Source of the DNA: Candidatus Omnitrophota bacterium
Lineage (GTDB): Bacteria > Omnitrophota > Gorgyraeia > Zapsychrales > Fredricksoniimonadaceae
Direction: 5' to 3'
NCBI GenBank assembly: GCA_030650275.1
Contig: JAUSEK010000011.1
Span: 73,890-137,889, forward strand
Length of the DNA stretch: 64,000 nt
A program made the translations under genes and the position numbers. This document shows, in pieces, positions 37,024 through 46,760 of the stretch. Below the pieces are notes generated by a model that saw only the letters and a list, made by a program, of their open reading frames with translations, was not told the DNA's origin and made no database searches. Each line of letters opens with the position of its first letter. Position 1 is the stretch's first letter.

Positions 37024-37254
37024 TCCTGATGTGATTCCTTTTGGCGCCAAACGGACTTGACCCCACCCCACCAATTAAAGCCATTTGCATGTAGAGTTTC
37101 CTAATAAGGGTAAACTAACCCAACAAGGAGGCTTTGCATGGCAACGCTACACCCCCGAAAACAGATCATTGAAGTCTTAAAAGAGGCCGAAACCGGGGCC
37201 AAAACTGCGGAGATTTTCCGCAAACACGGCGTTTCATATGAATACTCAATCTGA
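37021..37254 (+). mobile_element. IS3-family insertion-sequence relic: putative left end (TGATCC...) plus truncated orfA (38 codons, 37138-37254)
   Basis: ORF MATLHPRKQIIEVLKEAETGAKTAEIFRKHGVSYEYSI* matches the N-terminal HTH of IS3/IS911 OrfA (..EQIIRILQEAEAG..ELCRKHGIS..) and is preceded by the RBS CAAGGAGG. The rest of the element is absent. The next gene starts inside it in another frame. Confidence 0.5.
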
Positions 37255-38407
37255 GAAACCTTACGTTGATTTTTATAAGAAATACAAAATTTCGCCTGTT
37301 GCGCAGGATATTTCTGATGTAAGGAAACATTTTGAAAGAAGAGAGTTTTTATACAGACGTTTGGGTATTGTGGGTTCGTTCATTAAGGATCGATCGATCA
37401 TAGAATTTGGGCCAGGCAGCGGTCACAACGCCCTTTATACATATAGCTTACAGCCTTCGCAATACGTCCTTGTTGACGGAAATCCGAAAGGTTTAAAAGA
37501 TTGTGAGGACCTTTTCGGGAAGTATTTTCCGGACCAGAAATACCATGAACTGGTGGCGAGCTTAATTGAAGAATATAAAAATGACCAATTATTTGATCTG
37601 GTATTATGCGAAGGATTATTGGCGGGCCAAAAAGATCCACAGCAAAGTTTAAGGTCCGTTGCCAAGTTCACCAAACCCGGGGGAGTTTGCATCATTACGA
37701 CCCATGATTGTGTCGGCTTTCTCACAGACCTGCTGCGCGGTTTGATCGGCGGGATCGTTATGAAAGAAGAGATGTCTTTTGAGGAAAAGGCCGGGATATT
37801 ATCGGCGACTTTTGAAGGACACTTTGCCCATTTGAAGGGAATGAGCCGGTCATCCAAAGATTGGGTGGTGGACAGCATTATGAATAAAGCACTTTGGGGG
37901 AATAAAGAAACGGACATGCTCTCCATAGAACGTGCGATCAGGACGCTGGACGCCTCATTTGATGTGTACGGGGTATCTCCCTATTTTTTTGTTGACTGGC
38001 GCTGGTATAAAGATGTTTATGGGGAAAAAAGGGATCTTAATAAAGTGGCCATCGATTGTTATCGCAAGAACCTGCACAATTTACTGGATTGCCGCGACCA
38101 GTGGGGGCCGCGGCCTGCCGAAGAGAACACGGATCTTTTAAATGTCTGTCTGGAAATACGGCGTTTGATCGCATGTTTTGCCCATGAAAAAAACAGATCG
38201 CATATTGAGGGCATTTCTCAAAATGTCCATGCGCTGGAGGCGATGGTCAGGAGGTTTTCCAAGGTCACGGCGGACGCCTTGTCTGATTTTAATTCCGCGC
38301 TCAAAAAGTATCCTTCCATAACCCCGAAAACCGATTGGAAAAGTTTTTCTTCCTGGTGGGGGAGAGGATCGCAATATTTGAGTTTTATCCGTAATAAAAA
38401 CGAATAG
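37238..38407 (+). CDS. Class I SAM-dependent methyltransferase
   Basis: Motif I IIEFGPGSGHN. Confidence 0.65.
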   Translation: MNTQSEKPYVDFYKKYKISPVAQDISDVRKHFERREFLYRRLGIVGSFIKDRSIIEFGPGSGHNALYTYSLQPSQYVLVDGNPKGLKDCEDLFGKYFPDQKYHELVASLIEEYKNDQLFDLVLCEGLLAGQKDPQQSLRSVAKFTKPGGVCIITTHDCVGFLTDLLRGLIGGIVMKEEMSFEEKAGILSATFEGHFAHLKGMSRSSKDWVVDSIMNKALWGNKETDMLSIERAIRTLDASFDVYGVSPYFFVDWRWYKDVYGEKRDLNKVAIDCYRKNLHNLLDCRDQWGPRPAEENTDLLNVCLEIRRLIACFAHEKNRSHIEGISQNVHALEAMVRRFSKVTADALSDFNSALKKYPSITPKTDWKSFSSWWGRGSQYLSFIRNKNE

Positions 38408-38409
38408 AT

Positions 38410-39309
38410 ATGGTCCCCAAAACAGCCATCATCGGAGCATCAGGATTTATCGGAAAGGCCCTTTTATCTCTCCATCGCGAGACGCATCCGGACTGTGTCG
38501 GAACGGCTTTGAACCGATTGAAGGGAGATTTGAAACATCTGGACCTGCTTTCCTGCGACATTGCTTCCTTAAAACTTGCTGAGTCCGGGCATCAGGATGC
38601 GATCATTACGGCAGGGATAGCACGGATCCATGTCCCCCAGAAAGAAAAAGAATATACAAAAAAAGTCACCCAAGGGACGTTAAAGATCATTCAACAGCTT
38701 GTGGATGAAGGGATCAAGCCCATATACATTTCCAGTGAATGTGTTTTTGATGGACGCACGGGAAACTACGACGATGACGCGCCGGTGAACCCGATCAACG
38801 GATATGGACAACAGAAGGCGGAAATAGAACAAGGCATCCGGGAAATTTCTAAAGGCAGGTATCTGATCGCCCGGTTCAGCAAGGTTTTTACCATTGAAAA
38901 GAAAGATGGATCTATTTTTGATGAAATGGCGGCCGCGTTGACATCAGGCGGCACAATACGCGCGGCATACGATCAAATTTTTTCACCGACGCTTTTGTCT
39001 GATGCCATCAACGCCCTGAAAATATTACAAACGAAGAACGCGACAGGGATTTTTAACATCAGCACGACCGAAGTGTGGTCACGGTATGATCTAGCTTTAA
39101 TAATGGCCGATCATTTAGGGGTCGGCCATGAAAAAGTTGAGAAAATATCCCTGGATGATCTTAAGGAGGTCATCAATAATGAAGTTTTTAATCGTCCCAA
39201 GAATACGAGTATGAATGTCATGAAATTGATCAGGGAAACAAAGAGCACGTTTACGCCGATCTCCCAATGCATGGAGATCATAGCGAAAAATTGGACAACC
39301 CCATGTTGA
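38410..39309 (+). CDS. RmlD-like NAD(P)-dependent 4-ketoreductase (dTDP-4-dehydrorhamnose reductase family)
   Basis: IIGASGFIGKAL...SSECVFDG...NPINGYGQQK (YxxxK) pattern. Confidence 0.65.
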   Translation: MVPKTAIIGASGFIGKALLSLHRETHPDCVGTALNRLKGDLKHLDLLSCDIASLKLAESGHQDAIITAGIARIHVPQKEKEYTKKVTQGTLKIIQQLVDEGIKPIYISSECVFDGRTGNYDDDAPVNPINGYGQQKAEIEQGIREISKGRYLIARFSKVFTIEKKDGSIFDEMAAALTSGGTIRAAYDQIFSPTLLSDAINALKILQTKNATGIFNISTTEVWSRYDLALIMADHLGVGHEKVEKISLDDLKEVINNEVFNRPKNTSMNVMKLIRETKSTFTPISQCMEIIAKNWTTPC

Positions 39310-40901
39310 TCTCTTTCCTTCGGCGTCAGATGCTCCACATGAAAGAGGGGGGCATGCGCGTTTTTGGTCAAAAGGTAAGAAATTTATTTAAGTTCTTATA
39401 TATGAGCCTCTTGGCCCCGGCGGCTGTTTGCCTAAAAATTGATTGGCCTGAGGCCTATTATTTTGTTTTGCTTCGTATGTATAAGCAACATAAAGACATT
39501 TGTTTAAATCCTGCCTGTGACAGCAATTTAAGCAAGCGTATTAAATTAAAAAGAAAGATCGTTTATTGTATTAAAAAATACATCGCGCATGAACCGAGTT
39601 TGACTGATCTTTCCGTTTTTATATCAGCGAGCACCCTCCTGATCAATTTTTGTTATACCGGTCAAGAATTCGTAAGATCCATGGGTATTTTACGGAATAC
39701 TGAAAAAATGAGACGCCGGATATTGAAAGATCACCAATTGGATGAGCTTGGTTTTGAATTTATTCCCAGGGCTTTTGCCACAGGGAGCATCGGCGCCTGG
39801 GAGATCCTCGGGGTCCATATAAAAATGGGGATCCTTGGATTGAAGACCCCTAAAAAATTGGTGTTATTGCTTGATCCTGAAAGTCGTGTTAATAATCCCT
39901 GTTATTTAAAATACTGGCGCCAGTATATCACTGTTATCTCTGATCCATTATTGATTCAGGCGCTTTCTCCTTTGGAAAAATGCATGACCGTTCCGATCAA
40001 TTATTATATGTCGTTCCAAGGAAGGGTCATGTTGAGCCCGCAAGCCCTTGGATTCGTGCGAAAACAATGGAATGAAGAAAAGCGTCCGGCTCTTCTCAAG
40101 CTTTCCGATGATGATTTTGTGAAAGGATGGAAGCGCTTAAGCTCTTTAGGCGTCCCGAACCACGCATGGTTTGTCTGTCTTCATGTGAGAGAATCAGGAT
40201 GGAATGACAATAGCCACGCGGGGAACTTTCGCAATGCGGATATTAAGACCTATGTGCCGGCCATAAAGGCCATTGTTGATGCCGGGGGGTGGGTGGTCCG
40301 TATGGGAGACCTCGGAATGACCCCATTGCCGCCGATGGACCATGTGATCGATTATGCCCATAGTGATGCGAAAAGCGATTGGATGGACATTTTCTTGTGT
40401 TCGCAATGCCGTTTCCTTGTAGGAACATCTTCGGGAGTGCATACAATATCTTTAGTTTTCGGCGTACCTGTTGTCATGACAAACTGTTTGCCGGCCGCGG
40501 CGATGTACCAGTTCACTGTGAATGACCTGTTTATCCCAAGGCTTTGTCTGTCTAAAGATGACGATCATTATCTAAGTTTCCGTGAATTGATGTGTCCTCC
40601 TGTCAGCATGGGTGCCGAGCAGTATGTTTATGACAGGCTTAATCTTAAAGTCATGGAAAATACACCGGAAGAGATCAAGGATATCGTGATGGAAATGTTG
40701 ATGAGGGAAAGCGGCACTATTCAATATAGTCAAGAAGATGGATCTCTGCAGGAGCAGTTCAGGTCTTTGTCAGCCCGTTGCGGTGCATTATACGGAGATG
40801 ACGATATTGTTGTCCATGCCAGGATGGGGCGGGATTTTTTGCGAAAATATGCCGGGCTTTTACCCGTTGGTATGATGGAAGAATGCCGGAATAAAGGATA
40901 A
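39303..40901 (+). CDS. Hypothetical protein, second TIGR04372-like putative glycosyltransferase with N-terminal extension
   Basis: Paralogous blocks with the 33992 protein (see there). Start is uncertain (39267/39303). Confidence 0.35.
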   Translation: MLISFLRRQMLHMKEGGMRVFGQKVRNLFKFLYMSLLAPAAVCLKIDWPEAYYFVLLRMYKQHKDICLNPACDSNLSKRIKLKRKIVYCIKKYIAHEPSLTDLSVFISASTLLINFCYTGQEFVRSMGILRNTEKMRRRILKDHQLDELGFEFIPRAFATGSIGAWEILGVHIKMGILGLKTPKKLVLLLDPESRVNNPCYLKYWRQYITVISDPLLIQALSPLEKCMTVPINYYMSFQGRVMLSPQALGFVRKQWNEEKRPALLKLSDDDFVKGWKRLSSLGVPNHAWFVCLHVRESGWNDNSHAGNFRNADIKTYVPAIKAIVDAGGWVVRMGDLGMTPLPPMDHVIDYAHSDAKSDWMDIFLCSQCRFLVGTSSGVHTISLVFGVPVVMTNCLPAAAMYQFTVNDLFIPRLCLSKDDDHYLSFRELMCPPVSMGAEQYVYDRLNLKVMENTPEEIKDIVMEMLMRESGTIQYSQEDGSLQEQFRSLSARCGALYGDDDIVVHARMGRDFLRKYAGLLPVGMMEECRNKG

Positions 40902-40919
40902 GATATTCAAGAGGGATCG

Positions 40920-42716
40920 ATGAAAAATTTAAGGAAGATCTGGTTTTTATTGACGCTGGATAACCCCAGGAAGCTGTATATCACGGTGATCGCGATCGTC
41001 GTCATGTCATTATTCGATATGATGGGGGTTGCGTCCATATTCCCGTTTTTGAGCGTCATGTCAGACCCCGAGATCATTCACAAGAGCCATAAGATCGCAT
41101 GGGCATACGATCGGTTCGGGTTTACAAGTATAAACTCCTTCCTCATCGCCTTGGGCACGGCCTCTTTTGTCATCCTGATCGTCAGCAATGTCCTGCGCGC
41201 GGTCACCATGAAGTCCCTGATCCGGTTCACCTGGATGAAGCATCAAAGCATTGCCAAACGATTATTGGCCCAATACCTGTATGAGCCGTATGCTTTTTTT
41301 CTCAATCGCAACAGCTCTGAACTGACCGCTTATCTGATGTCGGAGGTGGCCCGTGTCGTCACCGGAACGCTGATCCCCTGCATGCAGATATTCGCGAGGT
41401 TTTTGCTGATCATCTTTATCCTTGGGCTTTTGTTCCTGGTGAACCCCCTGGTGGTCTTGCTGGTCCTGGGGGTGATCGGAGGGGGTTATGCCGCGATCTA
41501 TTTGTTCTTCCGCAACCGCATCGCCCGTACCGGAGAGGATTTTCAAAAACACAGCAAGATCATGTATAAGACCCTCAACGAGGCCTTTGGAGGGATCAAG
41601 GACGTTAAGCTCATGGGCAAGGAACATATCTTTATTGAGCAATATGCCACCCAAGCCAAACAGATCATCCATTGCTATTGTTCACAATTTTTGATCGCCC
41701 AGCTGCCCCGTTATGCCTTTGAGGCGGCCGCGTTCGGCGGGATCCTGATCATCATGATGTACATGGTCATCGTCACAAAAGATTATCAGCAGATCGTTCC
41801 GCTGGTCGGCTTGTATGCGCTGGCGGCTTATCGGCTGATGCCCGCTTTACAGCAGATCTTTCAGGACATCACCTCCGTGCGCTTTAGCCGTTCAGCCCTG
41901 AATGTGGTTTATAACGATTTTACGCAATGCGCGTATAAGGACCGCGAGCCGATCACCCCCGGAACAGAGCGGCCCTTGCCGTTCTCCAAAAGCATTGAAT
42001 TTCGCAAGCTGACGTTCCAATATTTTAAAGCGTCCAAGCCCGTTATTGAGGATTTTGATCTCCTGATCAATGCCAATACGACGATCGGGCTGGTCGGCAG
42101 TACCGGGGCCGGCAAAACGACGATCATTGATATTCTGCTTGGCCTCCTGGTCCCCCAGAAAGGGGACATTCTCGTCGATGGCGAAAAAGTGGATGAGAAA
42201 AATATCCGCGGCTGGCAGAAAAATCTGGGCTATGTTCCCCAGCACATTTATCTGTGCGACGACACGGTCACGCGCAATATCGCCTTTGGCGTGCCGGACC
42301 ATGAGATCGATGCGCAGGCGGTCCGGCGCGCGGCCTTGCTTGCCAATATCCATGATTTTGTTGAAAAGGAATTGCCTGATGGATATGAAACGGAAGTGGG
42401 CGAACGCGGGATCCGTTTGAGCGGCGGACAAAGGCAGCGCATCGGGATCGCCCGGGCCCTGTATCACAACCCTCCGGTCATCGTGTTTGATGAGGCAACG
42501 AGCGCCCTGGACGGCATCACGGAAGAGGTCATTTTGGAGGCGATCCATCATCTGGCGCATAGGAAGACCATCGTGATCATCGCGCACCGGCTGGGCACGG
42601 TGAAGGAATGCGATTGTATTTACCTTCTGGAACAGGGCCGGATCGTGAACCAGGGCACTTACCAGGAACTGCTGGCGAATGACCAGCGGTTCCGCAAGAT
42701 GGCCAAGGTGGCCTGA
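40920..42716 (+). CDS. ABC exporter, fused transmembrane plus ATP-binding domains (MsbA/PglK-like type I exporter)
   Basis: Six N-terminal TM helices. Walker A GSTGAGKTT, signature LSGGQRQR, Walker B VIVFDEATSALD. Confidence 0.85.
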   Translation: MKNLRKIWFLLTLDNPRKLYITVIAIVVMSLFDMMGVASIFPFLSVMSDPEIIHKSHKIAWAYDRFGFTSINSFLIALGTASFVILIVSNVLRAVTMKSLIRFTWMKHQSIAKRLLAQYLYEPYAFFLNRNSSELTAYLMSEVARVVTGTLIPCMQIFARFLLIIFILGLLFLVNPLVVLLVLGVIGGGYAAIYLFFRNRIARTGEDFQKHSKIMYKTLNEAFGGIKDVKLMGKEHIFIEQYATQAKQIIHCYCSQFLIAQLPRYAFEAAAFGGILIIMMYMVIVTKDYQQIVPLVGLYALAAYRLMPALQQIFQDITSVRFSRSALNVVYNDFTQCAYKDREPITPGTERPLPFSKSIEFRKLTFQYFKASKPVIEDFDLLINANTTIGLVGSTGAGKTTIIDILLGLLVPQKGDILVDGEKVDEKNIRGWQKNLGYVPQHIYLCDDTVTRNIAFGVPDHEIDAQAVRRAALLANIHDFVEKELPDGYETEVGERGIRLSGGQRQRIGIARALYHNPPVIVFDEATSALDGITEEVILEAIHHLAHRKTIVIIAHRLGTVKECDCIYLLEQGRIVNQGTYQELLANDQRFRKMAKVA

Positions 42717-42727
42717 AAAAGGGGACT

Positions 42728-43504
42728 ATGAAAAAAAACATATTAAAAACGAAATTGGCCAAACATCAACAAACTCTTGGGTGTTGGGTCACGCTGGCGC
42801 ATCCCTTGATCCCTGATATCCTGGCGCCGGCAGGTTTTGACTGGCTTGCGGTGGACATGGAGCATAGTTCCATCGGCCTGGGAGAGCTTTTGCCCCTTAT
42901 CATTTCCATTGAACATAGCGGGATGGTGCCCTTGGTGCGTGTAGGAGAGAACGATCCTAATCTTATTAAGCGTGTCATGGATGCGGGGGCTTACGGCGTG
43001 ATCGTCCCTAATGTGAATACGGCCCGTGAAGCACAGGCGGCGGTGAACGCGGTGAAATATCCTCCGCAGGGGACTCGCGGAGTAGGGCTTTATCGGGCCC
43101 AAGGGTATGGCCGGCAATTTGAGGCCTATAAGAAGTGGGTGGCCCAAGAGAGCGTGGTCATTATCCAAATTGAACATATTGATGCGGTCAATCATATTGA
43201 GGCCATTTTTTCTGTTGGGGGCATTGATGCGTTTCTCGTCGGTCCCTATGATCTTTCCGGGTCCATGGGCATGCCCGGGGCATTGACCCATCCTAAGGTT
43301 GAGGCCGCGATCAAAAAGGTTTTGGCGGCGGCGAAGAAATATAAGATCCCTGCCGGGTACCATTCCGTTTCAGCGGACCCAAAGATGGTCCTTAAACGCG
43401 CGAAGCAGGGATTTAAGTTTTTGGGTTTCAGCCTGGACTCCATATTTCTTGGCACGGCGGCGGCCGATGCCATGGCTGTCGTCAAGAAAGGCATGAGAAA
43501 GTGA
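42728..43504 (+). CDS. HpcH/HpaI-family class II pyruvate aldolase
   Basis: VRVGENDPNLIKRVMDAGAYGVIVPNV...YPPQGTRG pattern of HpcH/HpaI/KDR aldolases. Poly-A8 at codons 2-4. Confidence 0.75.
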   Translation: MKKNILKTKLAKHQQTLGCWVTLAHPLIPDILAPAGFDWLAVDMEHSSIGLGELLPLIISIEHSGMVPLVRVGENDPNLIKRVMDAGAYGVIVPNVNTAREAQAAVNAVKYPPQGTRGVGLYRAQGYGRQFEAYKKWVAQESVVIIQIEHIDAVNHIEAIFSVGGIDAFLVGPYDLSGSMGMPGALTHPKVEAAIKKVLAAAKKYKIPAGYHSVSADPKMVLKRAKQGFKFLGFSLDSIFLGTAAADAMAVVKKGMRK

Positions 43505-44412
43505 AGATCACCATCAACACTTCTTCTTTCGCGCAGGGTGATATTCAGCCGCTGGAAAGATTGCGCGCCAAGGGCATTGTGCCTGTTATGAATCCGCATA
43601 AGAAAACGATGACCGCCAAGCAGGTCATTGAGTTTTGCGCGGATGCCGATGGGATGATCGCGGGGACAGAGCCGTTGACCACGGAAGTTCTGGCGCAATT
43701 ACCATTGTTGAAGGTCATTTCCCGTTGCGGGACAGGGCTGGATCATATTGATCTGAAGGCGGCCCAGGCCCGGGGGATTAAGATTTTTAATACTCCTACA
43801 GCTGTGATACAGCCGGTTGCGGAACTGGCTGTAGGCCTGATGCTTTCTCTTTTGCGTCAGACCAATGCCATGGACCGCAACCTTCATGCCGGTATGTGGG
43901 ACAAGAAGATGGGGCATCTGCTGAATGGTAAGACGGTGGGGATCGTGGGGTTCGGGCGTATCGGGCAGAAGATCGCGGAGCTTCTGTTACCATTCGGCGT
44001 AGAAATTCTTTATACAGATCTCCGGGAAATAAAAATTTCTTTGAAGAGCATGCGGGTCAATTTAGATGAGCTTCTGAAACGTTCGGACATTGTCAGCCTG
44101 CATCTTTCCATGGAAGAGGGGAGATCTGTCATGAACGCGCCTCAGTTTTCTCTAATGAAAAAAGGCGCGTGGTTCTTGAATCTTTCCCGCGGAGAGGCCG
44201 TTGATGAGAACGCGCTTTATACTGTTTTAGAAAATGGGCATTTGGCAGGCGCGGCCCTGGATGTTTTTGGTCAAGAGCCCTATCAAGGGCCTCTTCAAAC
44301 ATTGGACAATGTTATTTTAACCCCGCATATCGGTTCCTATGCGCAGGAGGCGCGCGTTCTCATGGAGCAAGAGGCGGTTGAGAATCTTTTAAAAGGGCTG
44401 AATATCATTTGA
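43501..44412 (+). CDS. D-isomer-specific 2-hydroxyacid dehydrogenase (phosphoglycerate dehydrogenase-like)
   Basis: NAD-binding GKTVGIVGFGRIGQKIAELL and catalytic region typical of the D-2-HDH family. GTG start overlaps the upstream stop. Confidence 0.8.
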   Translation: MKITINTSSFAQGDIQPLERLRAKGIVPVMNPHKKTMTAKQVIEFCADADGMIAGTEPLTTEVLAQLPLLKVISRCGTGLDHIDLKAAQARGIKIFNTPTAVIQPVAELAVGLMLSLLRQTNAMDRNLHAGMWDKKMGHLLNGKTVGIVGFGRIGQKIAELLLPFGVEILYTDLREIKISLKSMRVNLDELLKRSDIVSLHLSMEEGRSVMNAPQFSLMKKGAWFLNLSRGEAVDENALYTVLENGHLAGAALDVFGQEPYQGPLQTLDNVILTPHIGSYAQEARVLMEQEAVENLLKGLNII

Positions 44413-44422
44413 GGGGAATCAT

Positions 44423-45301
44423 ATGAAAGCGATTGTTTTTGGAGGCGCAGGATTCTTGGGAAGTCATGTGGCGGACGCGTTGACGGATGCCGGATACGCG
44501 GTCACTATTTTTGACCGTAATCATTCGCCGTATGCGCGTTCTGATCAGAAAATGGTCGTTGGTGACATCCTGGACCGCCAGGCCGTGAATGACGTGGTCC
44601 GCGGCGCGGATGTTGTTTATAATTTTGCCGGGATCGCGGAGATCGATGAGGCGGCCCAGCATCCTTTTGACGCCGTGCAGGACAATATTGTTGGGAATAC
44701 AACAGTGCTTGAGGCCTGTCACGGAGCAAAGGTCAAACGTTTTGTTTTCGCGAGTTCTCTTTACGTGTACGGCAAAAGCGGTTCTTTTTACCGCAGCACC
44801 AAACTTGCCTGTGAACTTCTGATCGAGAATTATCATGAGGTCTACGGGCTTTCGTATACGATCTTGCGCTATGGTTCGTTGTACGGCCCGCGTGCGGGGG
44901 ACACGAACGCGATCCACCGTTTTGTCAAACAGGCGCTGACAGAGGGGAAGATCGTCCGTCATGGCGATGGCGATGAGTTGCGCGAATATATCCATGTTTT
45001 AGATGCCGCAAAGGGGAGTGTGGCCATTTTGGCGGATGAATTCAAGGACCAGAATGTGATCTTGACCGGCCAGCAGCAGATGCGGATGCGCGATTTTCTC
45101 ACGATGATCCGTGAGATCATGGACAATAAAGTGGCGGTTGAATATGTTCCGGCCACAGAGTCCTATCATTATGAAATTACGCCATATACCTTCATGCCCA
45201 AGATGGGCAAACGCCTTGTGCAACCTACGTATTTTGATCTCGGACAGGGGATTTTGGATGTTATTCACAGCATGTCCAGGGAGTTGAATTCACCTGTTTA
45301 A
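44423..45301 (+). CDS. NAD-dependent nucleotide-sugar epimerase/dehydratase
   Basis: MKAIVFGGAGFLGSHVADAL...YxxxK. Confidence 0.7.
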   Translation: MKAIVFGGAGFLGSHVADALTDAGYAVTIFDRNHSPYARSDQKMVVGDILDRQAVNDVVRGADVVYNFAGIAEIDEAAQHPFDAVQDNIVGNTTVLEACHGAKVKRFVFASSLYVYGKSGSFYRSTKLACELLIENYHEVYGLSYTILRYGSLYGPRAGDTNAIHRFVKQALTEGKIVRHGDGDELREYIHVLDAAKGSVAILADEFKDQNVILTGQQQMRMRDFLTMIREIMDNKVAVEYVPATESYHYEITPYTFMPKMGKRLVQPTYFDLGQGILDVIHSMSRELNSPV

Positions 45302-45323
45302 GTAGATGTTGAAAGGTTTAAGG

Positions 45324-45980
45324 ATGATCAAGGCCTTGATTTTTGATTTTGACGGGGTAATTCTTGAATCGGTGGATGTGAAGGGCTGGGCATTCCAAAA
45401 GATCTTTGAGGGCTATCCCCAGCGGCAAGAGCAGATCTTAGCCTACCATTATGAGCATGGGGGATTACCACGGGCGAATAAGATCCGGCATATTTTGAAG
45501 GAAATTTTAAAACTTTCTTATGATGACGCGATCGTCGCGCAATATTGCGAACGTTTTGGAGAGCTTGTTTTTAAAAGGGTCGTTGATTCACCCTTTGTCC
45601 CCGGCGCCCGCGAGGCATTGGAGGCCTTTCAAGGGCGCTTTTTGACCTTTGTTGTCTCCGGAACACCTCATGAAGAGATGAACCGCGTTGTGGATGCCAG
45701 GGGTTTGCGTTCCTGTTTTTCCGCTGTTTATGGTTCGCCGGTGATGAAGGATGAACGGACAGGAATGATCTTGGCCGAACACGGCCTTGCCCCGCGGGAG
45801 GTCCTTTGGATCGGCGATGCGACAAGCGACCTGCGGGCCGCGGCAAAATACGGGATCCGTTTTGTCCTGCGTTCCTGGCCGGGCAATGAAGGGATATTTC
45901 GTCATGCCAGGGCCGATTTCAGGATGAATGATCTCACAGGCCTGCCGTCTTTGATCCAACAATTGCAGGAGAAAAAATAG
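45324..45980 (+). CDS. HAD-superfamily hydrolase (beta-phosphoglucomutase/phosphatase subfamily)
   Basis: Motif I LIFDFDGVIL. Later GDATSD motif. Confidence 0.7.
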   Translation: MIKALIFDFDGVILESVDVKGWAFQKIFEGYPQRQEQILAYHYEHGGLPRANKIRHILKEILKLSYDDAIVAQYCERFGELVFKRVVDSPFVPGAREALEAFQGRFLTFVVSGTPHEEMNRVVDARGLRSCFSAVYGSPVMKDERTGMILAEHGLAPREVLWIGDATSDLRAAAKYGIRFVLRSWPGNEGIFRHARADFRMNDLTGLPSLIQQLQEKK

Positions 45981-46759
45981 TGAATATCGTAGGCGTCATT
46001 CCGGCCCGTATGAGCGCGTCGCGGTTCCCGGGAAAACCTCTGGCCAAGATCTGCGGACTGCCCATGATCGAGCATGTTTATAAACGCTGCGCGATGTCCT
46101 CCATTTTATCGGACCTTTATGTCGCGACTTGCGATGAAGAAGTTTTCAAGGCAACAGAGGCCTTCGGGGGGCGGGCGGTGATGACCAGCGATTCCCATCA
46201 ACGGGCCTCTGATCGCGTGGCTGAAGCTGTGGGGAAGATCGAATCTTCCAGCGGGCGGAAAATGGATATTGTGGTGATGATCCAGGGGGATGAACCCATG
46301 GTGTTCCCGGAGATGATCGACATGGCTGTTGGTCCGCTCATTAAGGAAAAAGATATTTTTGTGGCCAATCTGACGGCCGCCATCACCTCCAAACAAGAGC
46401 ACGAAGACCCCAACTGCATTAAGGTCGTCGTTGACCGTCACTTCAATGCCCTTTATTTTTCACGTCAACCGATCCCTTTTTTCAAAGGCCCCGCCGCTCC
46501 TCTGACGCTGTATAAACAAGTGTGCATTATCCCGTTTAAACGCGATTTTCTTTTTACATACTCCGCGCTGGAACCAACGCCGCTTGAAAAGGCGGAGTCC
46601 GTTGATATGCTGCGCGTCCTGGAGCATGGGTATAAGGTGCGCATGGTGCCTTTTGATCTGCTGACCTTTAGCGTGGACACGCCGGAAGACCTCGTGCGCG
46701 TGGAGGCATTGCTGTGTCAGGACCCGTTGAATGCCCAATATAATAAAAAAGGGAAATGA
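45980..46759 (+). CDS. Cytidylyltransferase of the KdsB/NeuA family (CMP-ulosonic acid synthetase-like)
   Basis: VIPARMSASRFPGKPL compares with the KdsB pattern IIPARyaSTRLPGKPL. 259 aa. Confidence 0.65.
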   Translation: MNIVGVIPARMSASRFPGKPLAKICGLPMIEHVYKRCAMSSILSDLYVATCDEEVFKATEAFGGRAVMTSDSHQRASDRVAEAVGKIESSSGRKMDIVVMIQGDEPMVFPEMIDMAVGPLIKEKDIFVANLTAAITSKQEHEDPNCIKVVVDRHFNALYFSRQPIPFFKGPAAPLTLYKQVCIIPFKRDFLFTYSALEPTPLEKAESVDMLRVLEHGYKVRMVPFDLLTFSVDTPEDLVRVEALLCQDPLNAQYNKKGK

Positions 46760-46760
46760 T

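Noticed and set aside
42731-42738. A8 homopolymer tracts at or near several gene starts (19729-19736, 33984-33991, 42731-42738, 52961-52968, 62021-62028) as possible phase-variation switches
   Set aside because: Eight As is below the length usually associated with high-frequency slippage. The tracts encode Lys-rich N-termini or lie in AT-rich linkers. There is no evidence of heterogeneity within a single sequence.
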